Positions 30,273 through 39,352 of a stretch of 64,000 bases of DNA are shown here, piece by piece. Each line of letters starts with the position of its first letter. Position 1 is the stretch's first letter. The position numbers and the translations under genes are program-made. The stretch is from Candidatus Poribacteria bacterium (GTDB taxonomy: Bacteria > Poribacteria > WGA-4E > WGA-3G): positions 2,400,001 to 2,464,000 of the forward strand of contig OZ219753.1 of assembly GCA_964291315.2 (NCBI GenBank). Reading direction: 5' to 3'. The notes under the pieces were generated by a model. The model had not been told where the DNA came from. It searched no databases and saw nothing but the letters and a program-made list of their open reading frames with translations.

Positions 30273-30419
30273 TTATTGTATGTGATGTAGGGGGGGGGGT
30301 GAATCGCTAAAAAGTAGGGTAGCAGCAGAACCTACGGAAGACAGAGACCGCTGCGCAGGATTAGTGTGACTAAATACCGCCGCCGTTTCGGATATGATGT
30401 TGATGGACAAATCTTTCAT
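30273..30419 (-). other. Putative leader ORF (48 aa, MKDLSIN...FSDSPPPLHHIQ) crossing the C10 tract
   Basis: ATG at 30419 preceded by GAGG; stop TAA at 30275-30273. Confidence 0.4.
30290..30299 (-). repeat. Poly-C tract (C10 on the minus strand), leader locus 2
   Basis: G10 on the + strand followed by TGAATCGCTAAAA. Confidence 0.95.
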
Positions 30420-30504
30420 GCGCCTCACTGATTAACACTGATAGGATTAACGGAGCCTATCAATGTTACCTTCGGATTCTCTTTTTTCACAATTTTCATT
30501 TTCA

Positions 30505-30576
30505 ATTATACCTTAAACTGTTAAGTATGTCAAGGACTTAATTTTTAATTATATCTTAACCGCAAATATAGGTCAA
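30505..30576 (-). promoter_or_regulatory. Two tandem consensus sigma70 promoters
   Basis: Minus strand: TTGACC-17-TATAAT (30576-30548) and TTGACA-17-TATAAT (30533-30505). The second spacer contains CTTAACAGTTTAAG. Confidence 0.8.
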
Positions 30577-30668
30577 CTCCTTTTAGAAAACGAAATAGGG
30601 GAATCTGTCAAAGAAGCACAGGAGCATCAACAGTATCTATTAGCAGTTCTTTCGAGAAATTACGCGGT

Positions 30669-32114
30669 CTAAACCGCATCAAACAGAGACGCTTCCATCG
30701 GCTTGCCTGTCCAAGGATTCGTCAACGGCGGCAACCTTAGCAGGACGTCCCAACGCTTCCCACAACTATAGTATTCCTCTATAGAAAAACACTGGATTGG
30801 ATCGTAAGTAGTGATCCCCATTTGGATCGCAGGCAGCTGATGTTGCCAACGCTTCTGAGCCGTCTGGGCATCGCGGGTGATAAGGATGCCCATCGCAGCG
30901 TTATGGTTGCGAATCGTTGTCTGCAGACGTTCATACTTCGACTTTTGCTGTCCCTTTGCCCCGGTGACCTGCACTAATATCGCTCGCTGATCCATATTGT
31001 CGGGTTTATCGCGCATCATGCCGAAGCCGTCGATGCCGTCGTCGGCTGTCTTCTTCGGGTTCGCCGCAAACCCATCTATTAGGGATACCGCCCAATCTTG
31101 AAATTTAAAGGGTTCTGTATCTGCAAGTTGATATGCTGTTGTGGTATCAATAGGCAAACCTAAGATGGGCATTGTAGGGAATCCATTGGGTTTGAGTCGG
31201 TAGTTATTGACGAGTTCTAAGGCGAAGGGTAGTATGTCTATGCCTATAGCGTATCTGTTGTGCTTTTTTGCTGCTTCTATGGTTGTGCCGCATCCACAAA
31301 AGGGGTCTAAGACGATGTGGTTAGGATTGGAGGAGGCTTTGATAATCCGTTCGTAGAGAGCCAGCGGCTTTTGCGTTGGATAACCCAGACGTTCATCAGA
31401 CATTGGATTAATGATCGGTATATCCCAGACATCGTCTACAGGTGTACCTTTTGGATGTGGCATGTATCTTTTACCTGAACTACTCACGATGCCTTCCTTG
31501 GCATACCCACTTGTTGGTTTATACGGGACTCTCACTTCGTCAATGTTAAAACAATAATCTACGGTAGCAGAACGAACATACCACAAAATAATATCATGTT
31601 TTCGCGAAAAATAGGTTTTAGACCTGCCTCCGCCTGTGTAATGCCAGACAATTTCGTTACGGAAATTCTTTTCATCGAATATAGCATCCATCACGAGTTT
31701 AAGGTAATGACTGGCATACGGGTCGCAATGCAGATAAACGCTCCCAGTCGGCTTGAGAATACGCTGCATCTCAAATAACCTTTCCGCCATATAAGAGGTA
31801 TAGGAAAGCATCTTGGACTTCGGAATACAGAGATCAAACGCTTGTATCACCTTTGACGCAGGATTCGCAATCGCAGACTTTACACGCTCCACGCGTTCGG
31901 CTGACGCATCGTCCCAGTCCCAGATATCATCAAACGCTTTTATCTGTGGATCAATATTCCGTAATCCGCTGCCTTTGAAGATGGTGTTGTAGGTGCGGTT
32001 GGAATTGAAAGGCGGGTCGAGGCAGATCAGATCTACAGCGTCCTCGGGAAAGTTGCTCATGATGTCGAGGCAATCTCCATAGTATAATGCATTTGTTTCG
32101 AAACGTAAGTTCAT
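30669..32114 (-). CDS. N6/N4 DNA methyltransferase (beta class) with a C-terminal Mrr-like/restriction-fold domain
   Basis: LDPPFNS, YLHCDPYASHYLK, YPTQKPLAL, LDPFCGCGTT; C-terminal FQDWAV..DDGIDG..VQV. Confidence 0.9.
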   Translation of the reverse strand: MNLRFETNALYYGDCLDIMSNFPEDAVDLICLDPPFNSNRTYNTIFKGSGLRNIDPQIKAFDDIWDWDDASAERVERVKSAIANPASKVIQAFDLCIPKSKMLSYTSYMAERLFEMQRILKPTGSVYLHCDPYASHYLKLVMDAIFDEKNFRNEIVWHYTGGGRSKTYFSRKHDIILWYVRSATVDYCFNIDEVRVPYKPTSGYAKEGIVSSSGKRYMPHPKGTPVDDVWDIPIINPMSDERLGYPTQKPLALYERIIKASSNPNHIVLDPFCGCGTTIEAAKKHNRYAIGIDILPFALELVNNYRLKPNGFPTMPILGLPIDTTTAYQLADTEPFKFQDWAVSLIDGFAANPKKTADDGIDGFGMMRDKPDNMDQRAILVQVTGAKGQQKSKYERLQTTIRNHNAAMGILITRDAQTAQKRWQHQLPAIQMGITTYDPIQCFSIEEYYSCGKRWDVLLRLPPLTNPWTGKPMEASLFDAV

Positions 32115-32399
32115 ACAGCAAATCTCCTCTGCATCAAATGTGTTGTTAGATGTCGTTTTCGGGGATGCCTCTCTCTTTCTAGGCGTGTCGTCTCTGGTAG
32201 ACAGTGTGTTGCCTGCCGTCCCTGATTAGGTCGGACGCAAAGACTTAGGTAGGATTTACGCAAAGATAATAGAACAGTAGAAATAAGCGCAATGCGAGCG
32301 AAGGGATGCCCGCGCGAAGACACCTGATAATGTATGTTCGCGTAAGTTTTGTTGGAAATAGTGAGGGAATAATCGAGATGTGTTAACTTTAAGTTAAAT

Positions 32400-32540
32400 T
32401 TAGCGGGGGGGGTAATAACCGATTGTTAAAGCCGATGCATTGACGAAAGACAAGAAGAAGTTAGCACTCCACAAGGCGCAGCCTCGGAGAGTTTTTCGCT
32501 TTACTTTTTTATCTGTGAAATTAACAACTCGGTTATTCAC
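32400..32540 (-). other. Putative leader ORF (46 aa, MNNRVVN...TIGYYPPR) crossing the C8 tract
   Basis: GTG at 32540; ends TAT TAC CCC CCC CGC TAA. Confidence 0.4.
32405..32412 (-). repeat. Poly-C tract (C8 on the minus strand), leader locus 3
   Basis: Minus strand tatta CCCCCCCC gct, the same flanks as locus 1 (atta-C8-gct). Confidence 0.95.
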
Positions 32541-32667
32541 TGTTGCTCGTTATCACTTTCAATGTAGAATGCTTAGGAGGTCACTTTCGCTTTAAAAATT
32601 CTTGTTTAGACGTTTTTAGGGACATTTAGAGTTTGCTGTGAAGTAGCAGAGATGTTTTGTATCTACA

Positions 32668-33462
32668 TCATTTATTGTTTCGTTGTAGGCGTTTTATTTC
32701 AGCTAATGCCTCGGCGAGCTCTGCGTCGGCTTGTTGTCGTGCTTTTGCCTCTGCTGCTGCCCGGGCGTCGGCTTGTTGTCGTGCTTTTGCCTCTGCTGCT
32801 GCCCGGGCGCCGGCTTCAGCTGCCCGGGCGTCGGCTTGTTGTCGTGCTTTTGCCTCTGCTGCTGCCCGGGCATTGGCACTTCTAATCTGTTGCCCCGAAG
32901 GCTCCAGCCACACCGAACGAACAGGATCATAAAATCCCAGGCGCCCCGCACGCTCTCCTAACTCTAAACCCAGCACAAGCGACGGCAGCCGATCACCCAC
33001 AAATGCTATCTCTTCATACACGCCTTCCACAAGATGATACCCAAGAAAAGCAGGCAACACCTCACCATACGGATCGTAAATATAATACTCACGCACACCC
33101 AGCACCGATGCATACAACTCACGCTTCGCAGTCAAGTCGTGCCTATAGGTGCTTGGACTCGCCAACTCTAACACAAAGTCAGGCGCGTGTCCCTCTTCCC
33201 AGACCCGATAGGTGCGCCGATCCTTTTTGCTAACCCCGAAGACAACAAACACATCTGGCGACACCGATTTCCTGGGGTTCCCCTCCTCATAATACATCAT
33301 CAGGTTGCCAGAGACATATGCGTCGTTGATGTTTTGGAAGTGGTGCTTAAGCATCTGAATGCAGTCGATCATGAGGTTTCTGTGCTTGTCGGTCTCTGCC
33401 ATAGGTTTACCGTCCGATTCGGGATAGACGAGCGTTGGAGCGGCTTTTATTCCTCTATCCAT
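32668..33462 (-). CDS. Uma2 (DUF820) family PD-(D/E)xK protein with a C-terminal coiled-coil repeat
   Basis: YPESDGKPMAET, SPDVFVV, PDFVLELASPST, LGVREYYIYDP. Confidence 0.92.
   Translation of the reverse strand: MDRGIKAAPTLVYPESDGKPMAETDKHRNLMIDCIQMLKHHFQNINDAYVSGNLMMYYEEGNPRKSVSPDVFVVFGVSKKDRRTYRVWEEGHAPDFVLELASPSTYRHDLTAKRELYASVLGVREYYIYDPYGEVLPAFLGYHLVEGVYEEIAFVGDRLPSLVLGLELGERAGRLGFYDPVRSVWLEPSGQQIRSANARAAAEAKARQQADARAAEAGARAAAEAKARQQADARAAAEAKARQQADAELAEALAEIKRLQRNNK
32723..32869. repeat. Three identical 42-bp repeats plus one 21-bp variant in the Uma2 tail
   Basis: GCGTCGGCTTGTTGTCGTGCTTTTGCCTCTGCTGCTGCCCGG at 32723, 32765 and 32828; variant at 32807-32827. Confidence 0.95.
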
Positions 33463-33632
33463 GGGCTACCTCCTGCCTCTACTATCGTATTAACTTGTAG
33501 GATGAAGTGTATCACAAAAATCGGTATATAGCAAGAAAATTTCATATACCTCGCGGCAAAATCTAAACACGCCTTTTTAAAACGAAGGGGGCCTGATACA
33601 ATACAGCTGTTTTTTTGATGAGAAGCCAGAAG

Positions 33633-34400
33633 TTAAGCATCCAGCGGCACGATATCAGCATAGATGTACGTGGGCGAACTGTTCCTGCTTGAGTGAATTT
33701 TGTCATCTTTGTCTTTCTTAGAAACGATATTTCTCTGGACAACACGCCCGGGTTTCGCTGCCACAGGCGAACTAAACATGGGGCCATCAATCACACAGGT
33801 ATGGAATTCACCGTTTTCACCGAGCGGGTCCACCTTCTGTGGTAAGTCTGCAACGAGTTTGGCATCAAACCATCGACCTGCAAAATCGGCGGGCATCTGA
33901 GTCGGGTTGAGTGCGGTAATAATGGCCCGGATGCCGGAAGCAATCATCTCTTGCGCGAGTTCGGTAGTGTCCCTACCCCATATTGGAAAGATCGGTGTCA
34001 CGCCGGTTCCTTTGAGTTTATCCTCGCGATACTCACGAATATCTTCAAGAAAGAGATCACCGAAGGCGAAATGTGAGGCACCCAGATGTTCAGGCAGCGC
34101 CTCTACTTCGGCGAGAAACTTTCGCATCGCCTCTTCATAGATAGCATTAGAGCAAGGATAGGGGATCGGTATCTGATACAGCGGTACACCAATTTTTTCA
34201 GCCTGCTGTTTCAGCACCCATGCCGGCGTAGAGTGGATAGACACCCGGTCAAACGTCTTCGTGACGGTTGTAAAGATACCGCGCACCTCATACCGTTCGG
34301 ACTGCTGCCGTAAGGTCTGCAGTGCCCAAGCGGAATCTTTACCTGAAGACCAAGAGACCAAGATTGGCACGGGCATTGTTTCGTTCGTCTGTTTTCTCAT
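33633..34400 (-). CDS. Diphthamide-synthase-like (MJ0570/DUF71) PP-loop ATP-binding protein
   Basis: SWSSGKDS, FGDLFLEDIR, DPLGENGEFHT..DGPMF. Confidence 0.88.
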   Translation of the reverse strand: MRKQTNETMPVPILVSWSSGKDSAWALQTLRQQSERYEVRGIFTTVTKTFDRVSIHSTPAWVLKQQAEKIGVPLYQIPIPYPCSNAIYEEAMRKFLAEVEALPEHLGASHFAFGDLFLEDIREYREDKLKGTGVTPIFPIWGRDTTELAQEMIASGIRAIITALNPTQMPADFAGRWFDAKLVADLPQKVDPLGENGEFHTCVIDGPMFSSPVAAKPGRVVQRNIVSKKDKDDKIHSSRNSSPTYIYADIVPLDA

Positions 34401-34428
34401 TCTAGAACCTTCTCTCAATTTAGCTGCA

Positions 34429-34992
34429 TTACAGCGCCAAAAAGTTTGCCAATAAGCTCTTTCCAGCGGTTGTTAAAATGGATTCGGGATGAAATTGCAC
34501 GCCCCAAACGGGTAAAGTTTTGTGCTTAAGCCCCATAATCTCGTCTTGTTCTGTCCAAGCCGTAATTTCAAAGCAATCCGGCAGCGTCTCTTTCTTTACT
34601 ATGAGAGAATGGTAACGCGTTGCTTCAAATGGGTTAGCCAAGCCGTCAAAGAGGTCAGTCCCGTTGTGCAGGATCATGGACGTTTTGCCGTGCATCAAAC
34701 GTTCTGCCCGCACCACTTCACCGCCGAATACGTCGCCGATGCACTGGTGGCCGAGACAAACCCCTAAAATTGGGACTTTTCCAGCGAAGTATTTTATAAC
34801 GGCGTTAGACATGCCTGCTTCTCGCGGTGTGCAAGGTCCCGGGGATATTACAATGCGCTCCGGATTCAGCGAATCTAATGCATCTAGCCCTATTTTTCTA
34901 CTGCGACGAACCTCTAATTCAGCCCCGAGTTCACCGAGATACTGCACAAGATTATACGTAAAGGAGTCGTAGTTATCAATCATTAAAACCAT
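34429..34992 (-). CDS. trpG: Anthranilate/aminodeoxychorismate synthase component II
   Basis: [28 protein letters not shown]. Confidence 0.93.
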   Translation of the reverse strand: MVLMIDNYDSFTYNLVQYLGELGAELEVRRSRKIGLDALDSLNPERIVISPGPCTPREAGMSNAVIKYFAGKVPILGVCLGHQCIGDVFGGEVVRAERLMHGKTSMILHNGTDLFDGLANPFEATRYHSLIVKKETLPDCFEITAWTEQDEIMGLKHKTLPVWGVQFHPESILTTAGKSLLANFLAL

Positions 34993-35081
34993 CTTTTGTC
35001 TCCTACAGTTTTAATTGACACTTATTGAACGGGTTTCGGGAGCACACACGTTCCCGAAAATGTTAACTCAAAAGATGAGTC

Positions 35082-36584
35082 TCACAATAAGAAACCTCGT
35101 TCTGCCAATGCAATAGCGCTGAGCATTGCTCGCGCCTTGCTCACAGTTTCATAATATTCGGTTTCAGGGTCTGAATCCGCGACGATCCCGCCGCCGGCTT
35201 GTACATAAGCCGTGCCATCTTTAATAACCGCAGTTCGGATAGTAATAGCTGTGTCTGCACTGCCAGAGAAACTGAAGTACCCGACCATTCCACCATACGG
35301 ACCGCGCCGCGTCGGTTCCAGTTCGTCAATAATCTCCATCGCACGGATCTTCGGGGCCCCAGAGAGCGTACCAGCCGGAAGGCACGCGCGCAGAACGTCA
35401 AAAGCCGTGAGATTTTCGCGCAATCTTCCGACAACATGTGAGACGATATGCATCACATGCGAAAAACGTTCAACTATCATAAAATCGGTGACTTCAACGG
35501 TATGATATTCGCACACACGTCCAAGGTCGTTCCGCCCTAAATCGACAAGCATAACGTGTTCTGCACGTTCTTTCGGATCCGAGAGAAGCCGCTGCTCCAG
35601 CTCCCGGTCCTCCTCGGCAGTTGCGCCGCGCCGGAGTGTGCCTGCGATCGGGCGTGTTTGGACGATGCCGTCCTCTACCCTAACCATCATTTCCGGGGAC
35701 GCCCCTACAATGTCAAAGCCATTAAACTTCAGGTAGTACATATAGGGCGATGGATTAACCATTCGCAACGCCCGATAGACATCAAACGAATCTACGGACA
35801 CCTGGCAATTGAAACGTTGTGAGGGGACAACCTGGATGATGTCCCCCGCAGCGATGTATTCTTTAGCATGCCTAACCGCGGCTTCGTAATCAGGTTTCGT
35901 GAAATTCGACTGCGGATCGGACGGAATTTCATTATACCAATCCTGATCCTCGCTTCTATTCCTATGTAGGTGTGATTCGGAAGCAGCTGTAAGTTTTTTA
36001 ACCCATACCTCAATTTTTGCCAGGGCATCCGCATAAGCTGCGTCAACATCGCCATCAATATGGGCGTTTGCGACAACCTGAATCTGATGGTTTACATGAT
36101 CAAATATCAGAATGGTTTCCGCGATCATGAAAAAGCTGTCCGGAAGCTGCAATTCATCTTCGGCACTGTCCGGCAATTCCTCAACGAAGCGAACCATGTC
36201 ATAACTCATATAGCCGACTGCCCCACCGTGGAATTCCGGTAACGTTTCAGCGTCAACCGGCCGGTAATTCTGCATCACTTCTTCAAGTGCCTTCAACGGA
36301 TCCTCACAGTCTTGGACCACAGTTTCGCCTTTTGCCACATATTCAATGGTAACCTGATGGCCTTTACTATGGAACAGCACGGACGGTTGACTCCCCAGAA
36401 ATGAGTAGCGGGCAACCGTCTCACCGCCTTCAACGCTCTCTAGCAAGAAGGCATAATTACTAGGCATCAACTTGTAAAAGGCGGACACCGGTGTCTCCAT
36501 ATCCGCCAAGATAGACCTGTATACCGGTATCGTATTGCCTAATTTTGCTTTTTCTCGAAAATCCTCCAACGTTGGATAATACAT
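35082..36584 (-). CDS. trpE: Anthranilate synthase component I
   Basis: LLES Trp-feedback motif, NPSPYM, KERAEHVMLVDLGRND, GTLSGAPK. AAGGAG lies before the ATG at 36584. Confidence 0.96.
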   Translation of the reverse strand: MYYPTLEDFREKAKLGNTIPVYRSILADMETPVSAFYKLMPSNYAFLLESVEGGETVARYSFLGSQPSVLFHSKGHQVTIEYVAKGETVVQDCEDPLKALEEVMQNYRPVDAETLPEFHGGAVGYMSYDMVRFVEELPDSAEDELQLPDSFFMIAETILIFDHVNHQIQVVANAHIDGDVDAAYADALAKIEVWVKKLTAASESHLHRNRSEDQDWYNEIPSDPQSNFTKPDYEAAVRHAKEYIAAGDIIQVVPSQRFNCQVSVDSFDVYRALRMVNPSPYMYYLKFNGFDIVGASPEMMVRVEDGIVQTRPIAGTLRRGATAEEDRELEQRLLSDPKERAEHVMLVDLGRNDLGRVCEYHTVEVTDFMIVERFSHVMHIVSHVVGRLRENLTAFDVLRACLPAGTLSGAPKIRAMEIIDELEPTRRGPYGGMVGYFSFSGSADTAITIRTAVIKDGTAYVQAGGGIVADSDPETEYYETVSKARAMLSAIALAERGFLL

Positions 36585-36626
36585 TGATAACTCCTTCGAA
36601 ATTGCCACACTAACGTTTATCAAAAT

Positions 36627-37007
36627 TTAGTAGACAGCATCCGCGTTGAAAACCTTCTCACCTATTACACGCGTTGACTCTCCGTCAAGCGAAACTTCTC
36701 GGTAGAAGCATGAGCGATAGCCGACATGACATGCTGCGACTTTCTGATCGACCTTTATGAGCAGGGCATCCCCGTCGCAATCGACGGCAATAGACTTAAC
36801 CGTCTGCGTATGCCCTGAAGTTTCTCCCTTTATCCACAGCTTCTGACGGGAACGGCTCCAGAAGCAGACACGTCCAGTTGTTAACGTCTCTTTTATCGAT
36901 TCCGTGTTCATGTACCCCACCATTAAAATCTCGTTGTTCGTATAGTCTTGAATGACTGCAGCCACTAAACCGTCACGGTCGTACTTAAGCTCCGACAGAA
37001 TGTTCAT
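36627..37007 (-). CDS. hisI: Phosphoribosyl-AMP cyclohydrolase
   Basis: [34 protein letters not shown]. Confidence 0.96.
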   Translation of the reverse strand: MNILSELKYDRDGLVAAVIQDYTNNEILMVGYMNTESIKETLTTGRVCFWSRSRQKLWIKGETSGHTQTVKSIAVDCDGDALLIKVDQKVAACHVGYRSCFYREVSLDGESTRVIGEKVFNADAVY

Positions 37008-37055
37008 CCGGGTTCTCCTTTCAAAATCAGGTTCTATGAAATTTAAGCGCTTTGC

Positions 37056-37097
37056 AAAAAAAATACCTTATGCTGCCGGGTTCGGTGTGCATAAGGT
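37056..37097 (-). terminator. Attenuator terminator upstream of hisI
   Basis: Minus strand ACCTTATGC-acaccgaacccggca-GCATAAGGT-A-TTTTTTTT. Confidence 0.8.
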
Positions 37098-37146
37098 TTC
37101 AATACGACTTAAAAATAAAAAATATTATTTTCAATCTCTGTTTCAG

Positions 37147-37248
37147 TTATACGTTTGAGCACACACTTCCCCGCAAGACGTTGGAACACCGCCAATACCA
37201 ATGGTTAAATAGACTATTCAAGTTGGAGTGTGAACGTACAAGTGTCAT
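37147..37248 (-). CDS. TrpL-like leader peptide (33 aa, MTLVRSHSNLNSLFNHWYWRCSNVLRGSVCSNV)
   Basis: Codons CAT TGG TAT TGG CGG; lies between a consensus promoter and a terminator, ahead of hisI-trpE-trpG. Confidence 0.65.
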   Translation of the reverse strand: MTLVRSHSNLNSLFNHWYWRCSNVLRGSVCSNV

Positions 37249-37395
37249 GTTTATCGCTTTTCGTAGATAGGTCAATAATCGCAATACTCGCGTCCGGGCA
37301 ATACCAAGTGCTAACCGATACTGTGATTTAGTTTTTTGTTCTGAAAAACTAAATGCTCGCGTTTATGCGCAACTTCAAACACTACTATTCTATTA

Positions 37396-37476
37396 ATGAT
37401 ACCATATTGAATATATGTTGTCAATTTTTTTTAATGTCGAAACAATTTGCAAAGGAACGGTACAGTATGCTATAAT
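37396..37476. promoter_or_regulatory. Divergent sigma70 promoters for the hisI-trp leader and the B12 riboswitch operon
   Basis: Minus strand: TTGACA-17-TATCAT (37424-37396). Plus strand: TTGCAA-18-TATAAT with TG (37447-37476). Confidence 0.65.
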
Positions 37477-37503
37477 ATATAGATTACAATCGAATAATTT
37501 GAA

Positions 37504-37719
37504 GATTCAGGTGCCGGAAGAGCCGGAGAATAGGGAAGCGCGGTGAGAAACCGCCACGGCCCCGCCACTGTGAACGATCCACCTTCGTTGAAGGCGAGTA
37601 TCCGCTGAAAAACCACTGTCAATAGACTAATTGATGGGAAGGATAGCGGATTTACGTAAAGCAAGTTTGGACGTGTCAACCACGCCAGAGGATCGGAAGT
37701 CAGGAGACCTGCCTGAATC
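37504..37719 (+). promoter_or_regulatory. Cobalamin (AdoCbl-class) riboswitch
   Basis: GATTCAGGTG..AATAGGGAA..CGGTGAGAAACCG..CCCCGCCACTGT..CCACTG..TGGGAAGG..B12 box AAGTCAGGAGACCTGCC; P1 GATTCAGG/CCTGAATC. Confidence 0.96.
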
Positions 37720-37990
37720 GTGTTTCACACATCTGTTTTCGCGGGAGAGCAGTGGAACAGCGTACAGCAATATCCTGTTAGATGAAGAAGATAGAAGTGC
37801 TGCGGAAGATATAGAATCCTTGCACGAAATCACAGGATTAGACTTACATGACATGTCGCCGTACCCTCTGTTTCTCGGAGCTGATTGTGAGTTGGCAACT
37901 TGCAATCAAAAGCTGTGAAGACAGAGGTTTTTTGTTTCATTACGGAGGCTTTCGGTGAAGCTTGCAAGCCGAAAGTTATTATTGAAAAAT

Positions 37991-39331
37991 ATGAACAACG
38001 TTTTTTGCCCTCGGCGGCATTTTTCGCGCTATTCTCACAACCTATATTCGCTCCTACTTATAGGCGCGATACTCTTCACGCCTCTCCTGAGCCCTGTTTT
38101 TGGACAAACAGAAGTTCAGGAGATAGCTGTTGTCATAAACGCTTTAACCCACCCCGACTTAGGTATTACCGCTTCACTTTCGCTCATAGATCTAACGGAA
38201 ACCAACGAAAAACGGGCTGTTGATAATGAGGTGCTCCATTTCAGTACCGAGGTGCTTCATCGAAGACGGGCAGCCGAACTTTCCATTCACGGTCATCTGG
38301 CTTATATTCCGACCTTTAACTTACCTGCTACGGGTGATTCCAGTTTCGGCGACAACATCTTTATTGTCAACTTAGAAAACCGAGAAATTGTGGGTGAAAT
38401 TCCGATTCAAGACGGTGCAACCCCTCAACAGATCGCTCTTATCAGTCATCAGAAGATGTATGTCACCTGTGCCGCGGCACATCAAGTGCATGTCATCGAC
38501 ATCCCTAATCGTAACGTAACGAAGGTCCTCACCGGCCCCTTCAACAAACCCACGGGTATTACGCTGCTCAATGGTAAAGCGTACGTGTCGAACCCTGCGT
38601 GGGAGTGGGATCCGGTTGAACGGAAAACAATCTATTACGACAGCAGCATCACAGTGATTGATACGGAGACAGATGTTATACTGACATCGATCCCGGTACC
38701 GACAAACGCCGGCGAGATCATCAACGATGCTGAATCCACCATTATTGTCAAAACAATAGGCAATTATAATGACATCTTGGGACATCTCGTTCTGATTGAC
38801 GCAACCACTGACGAGGTAATTAAAACAGTTAAACTGGGCTTCACCCCTGGTTCCGCTGCTCTTAATCCACAAAAGCAGCTGTTTCTTCAAGGGAGCTGGG
38901 AAAACCCAGGGCTGCTTATCTACGATGTTGTTGCGCAAGACTGGGTCCGGGATGAAGATGATCCGATTGCTAATTTTAGTAACGATGAGGAAGCTCCTAT
39001 CGACGGGTCTCTGACTTTTGCGCCGGACGGTCATTTGTTTATAACGAAGCCTGATTGGGCGGGTAGCGGTCAGGATTTCGTTCGTATCATGGACGTGACG
39101 GACGCGGCTCTTCTAAAGACCTATCACGTCGGTCCCGGCGGTTCCATCCTAGCATTTGCACAGATTATTCCTCGTGGCGAAGACATCAATAACGACGGGT
39201 TTGTTAACATGGAGGACTTAACACTGGCAAGCAAGTTTTTGGGCGATCAAGGGACCGGACGTGTTGCCGATGTCAATGGAGACAGCATTGTTAATGTTCT
39301 CGATCTAGTGCTGATAGCACAAGCACTATAA
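37991..39331 (+). CDS. Secreted YncE/YVTN-like beta-propeller with a C-terminal dockerin-like domain (BtuG-like candidate)
   Basis: Hydrophobic signal region; repeats of KMYVT..VHVID..KPTGI..KAYVSN..ITVIDT; EDINNDGFVN..ADVNGDSIVNVLDL. Confidence 0.8.
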   Translation: MNNVFCPRRHFSRYSHNLYSLLLIGAILFTPLLSPVFGQTEVQEIAVVINALTHPDLGITASLSLIDLTETNEKRAVDNEVLHFSTEVLHRRRAAELSIHGHLAYIPTFNLPATGDSSFGDNIFIVNLENREIVGEIPIQDGATPQQIALISHQKMYVTCAAAHQVHVIDIPNRNVTKVLTGPFNKPTGITLLNGKAYVSNPAWEWDPVERKTIYYDSSITVIDTETDVILTSIPVPTNAGEIINDAESTIIVKTIGNYNDILGHLVLIDATTDEVIKTVKLGFTPGSAALNPQKQLFLQGSWENPGLLIYDVVAQDWVRDEDDPIANFSNDEEAPIDGSLTFAPDGHLFITKPDWAGSGQDFVRIMDVTDAALLKTYHVGPGGSILAFAQIIPRGEDINNDGFVNMEDLTLASKFLGDQGTGRVADVNGDSIVNVLDLVLIAQAL

Positions 39332-39352
39332 GGGTTATCAGTTCTTAGTTAA

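Noticed and set aside
32225-32275. GGACGCAAAG, resembling a c-di-GMP-I riboswitch
   Set aside because: The GGCAAA and GNRA-capped stem elements are missing, and it is on the wrong strand for the adjacent methyltransferase.
32723-32869. Possible CRISPR array
   Set aside because: The units abut without unique spacers and are in-frame coding repeats of Uma2.
37631-37918. 95-aa ORF in the B12 leader
   Set aside because: It overlaps the riboswitch aptamer and has no recognisable protein features.
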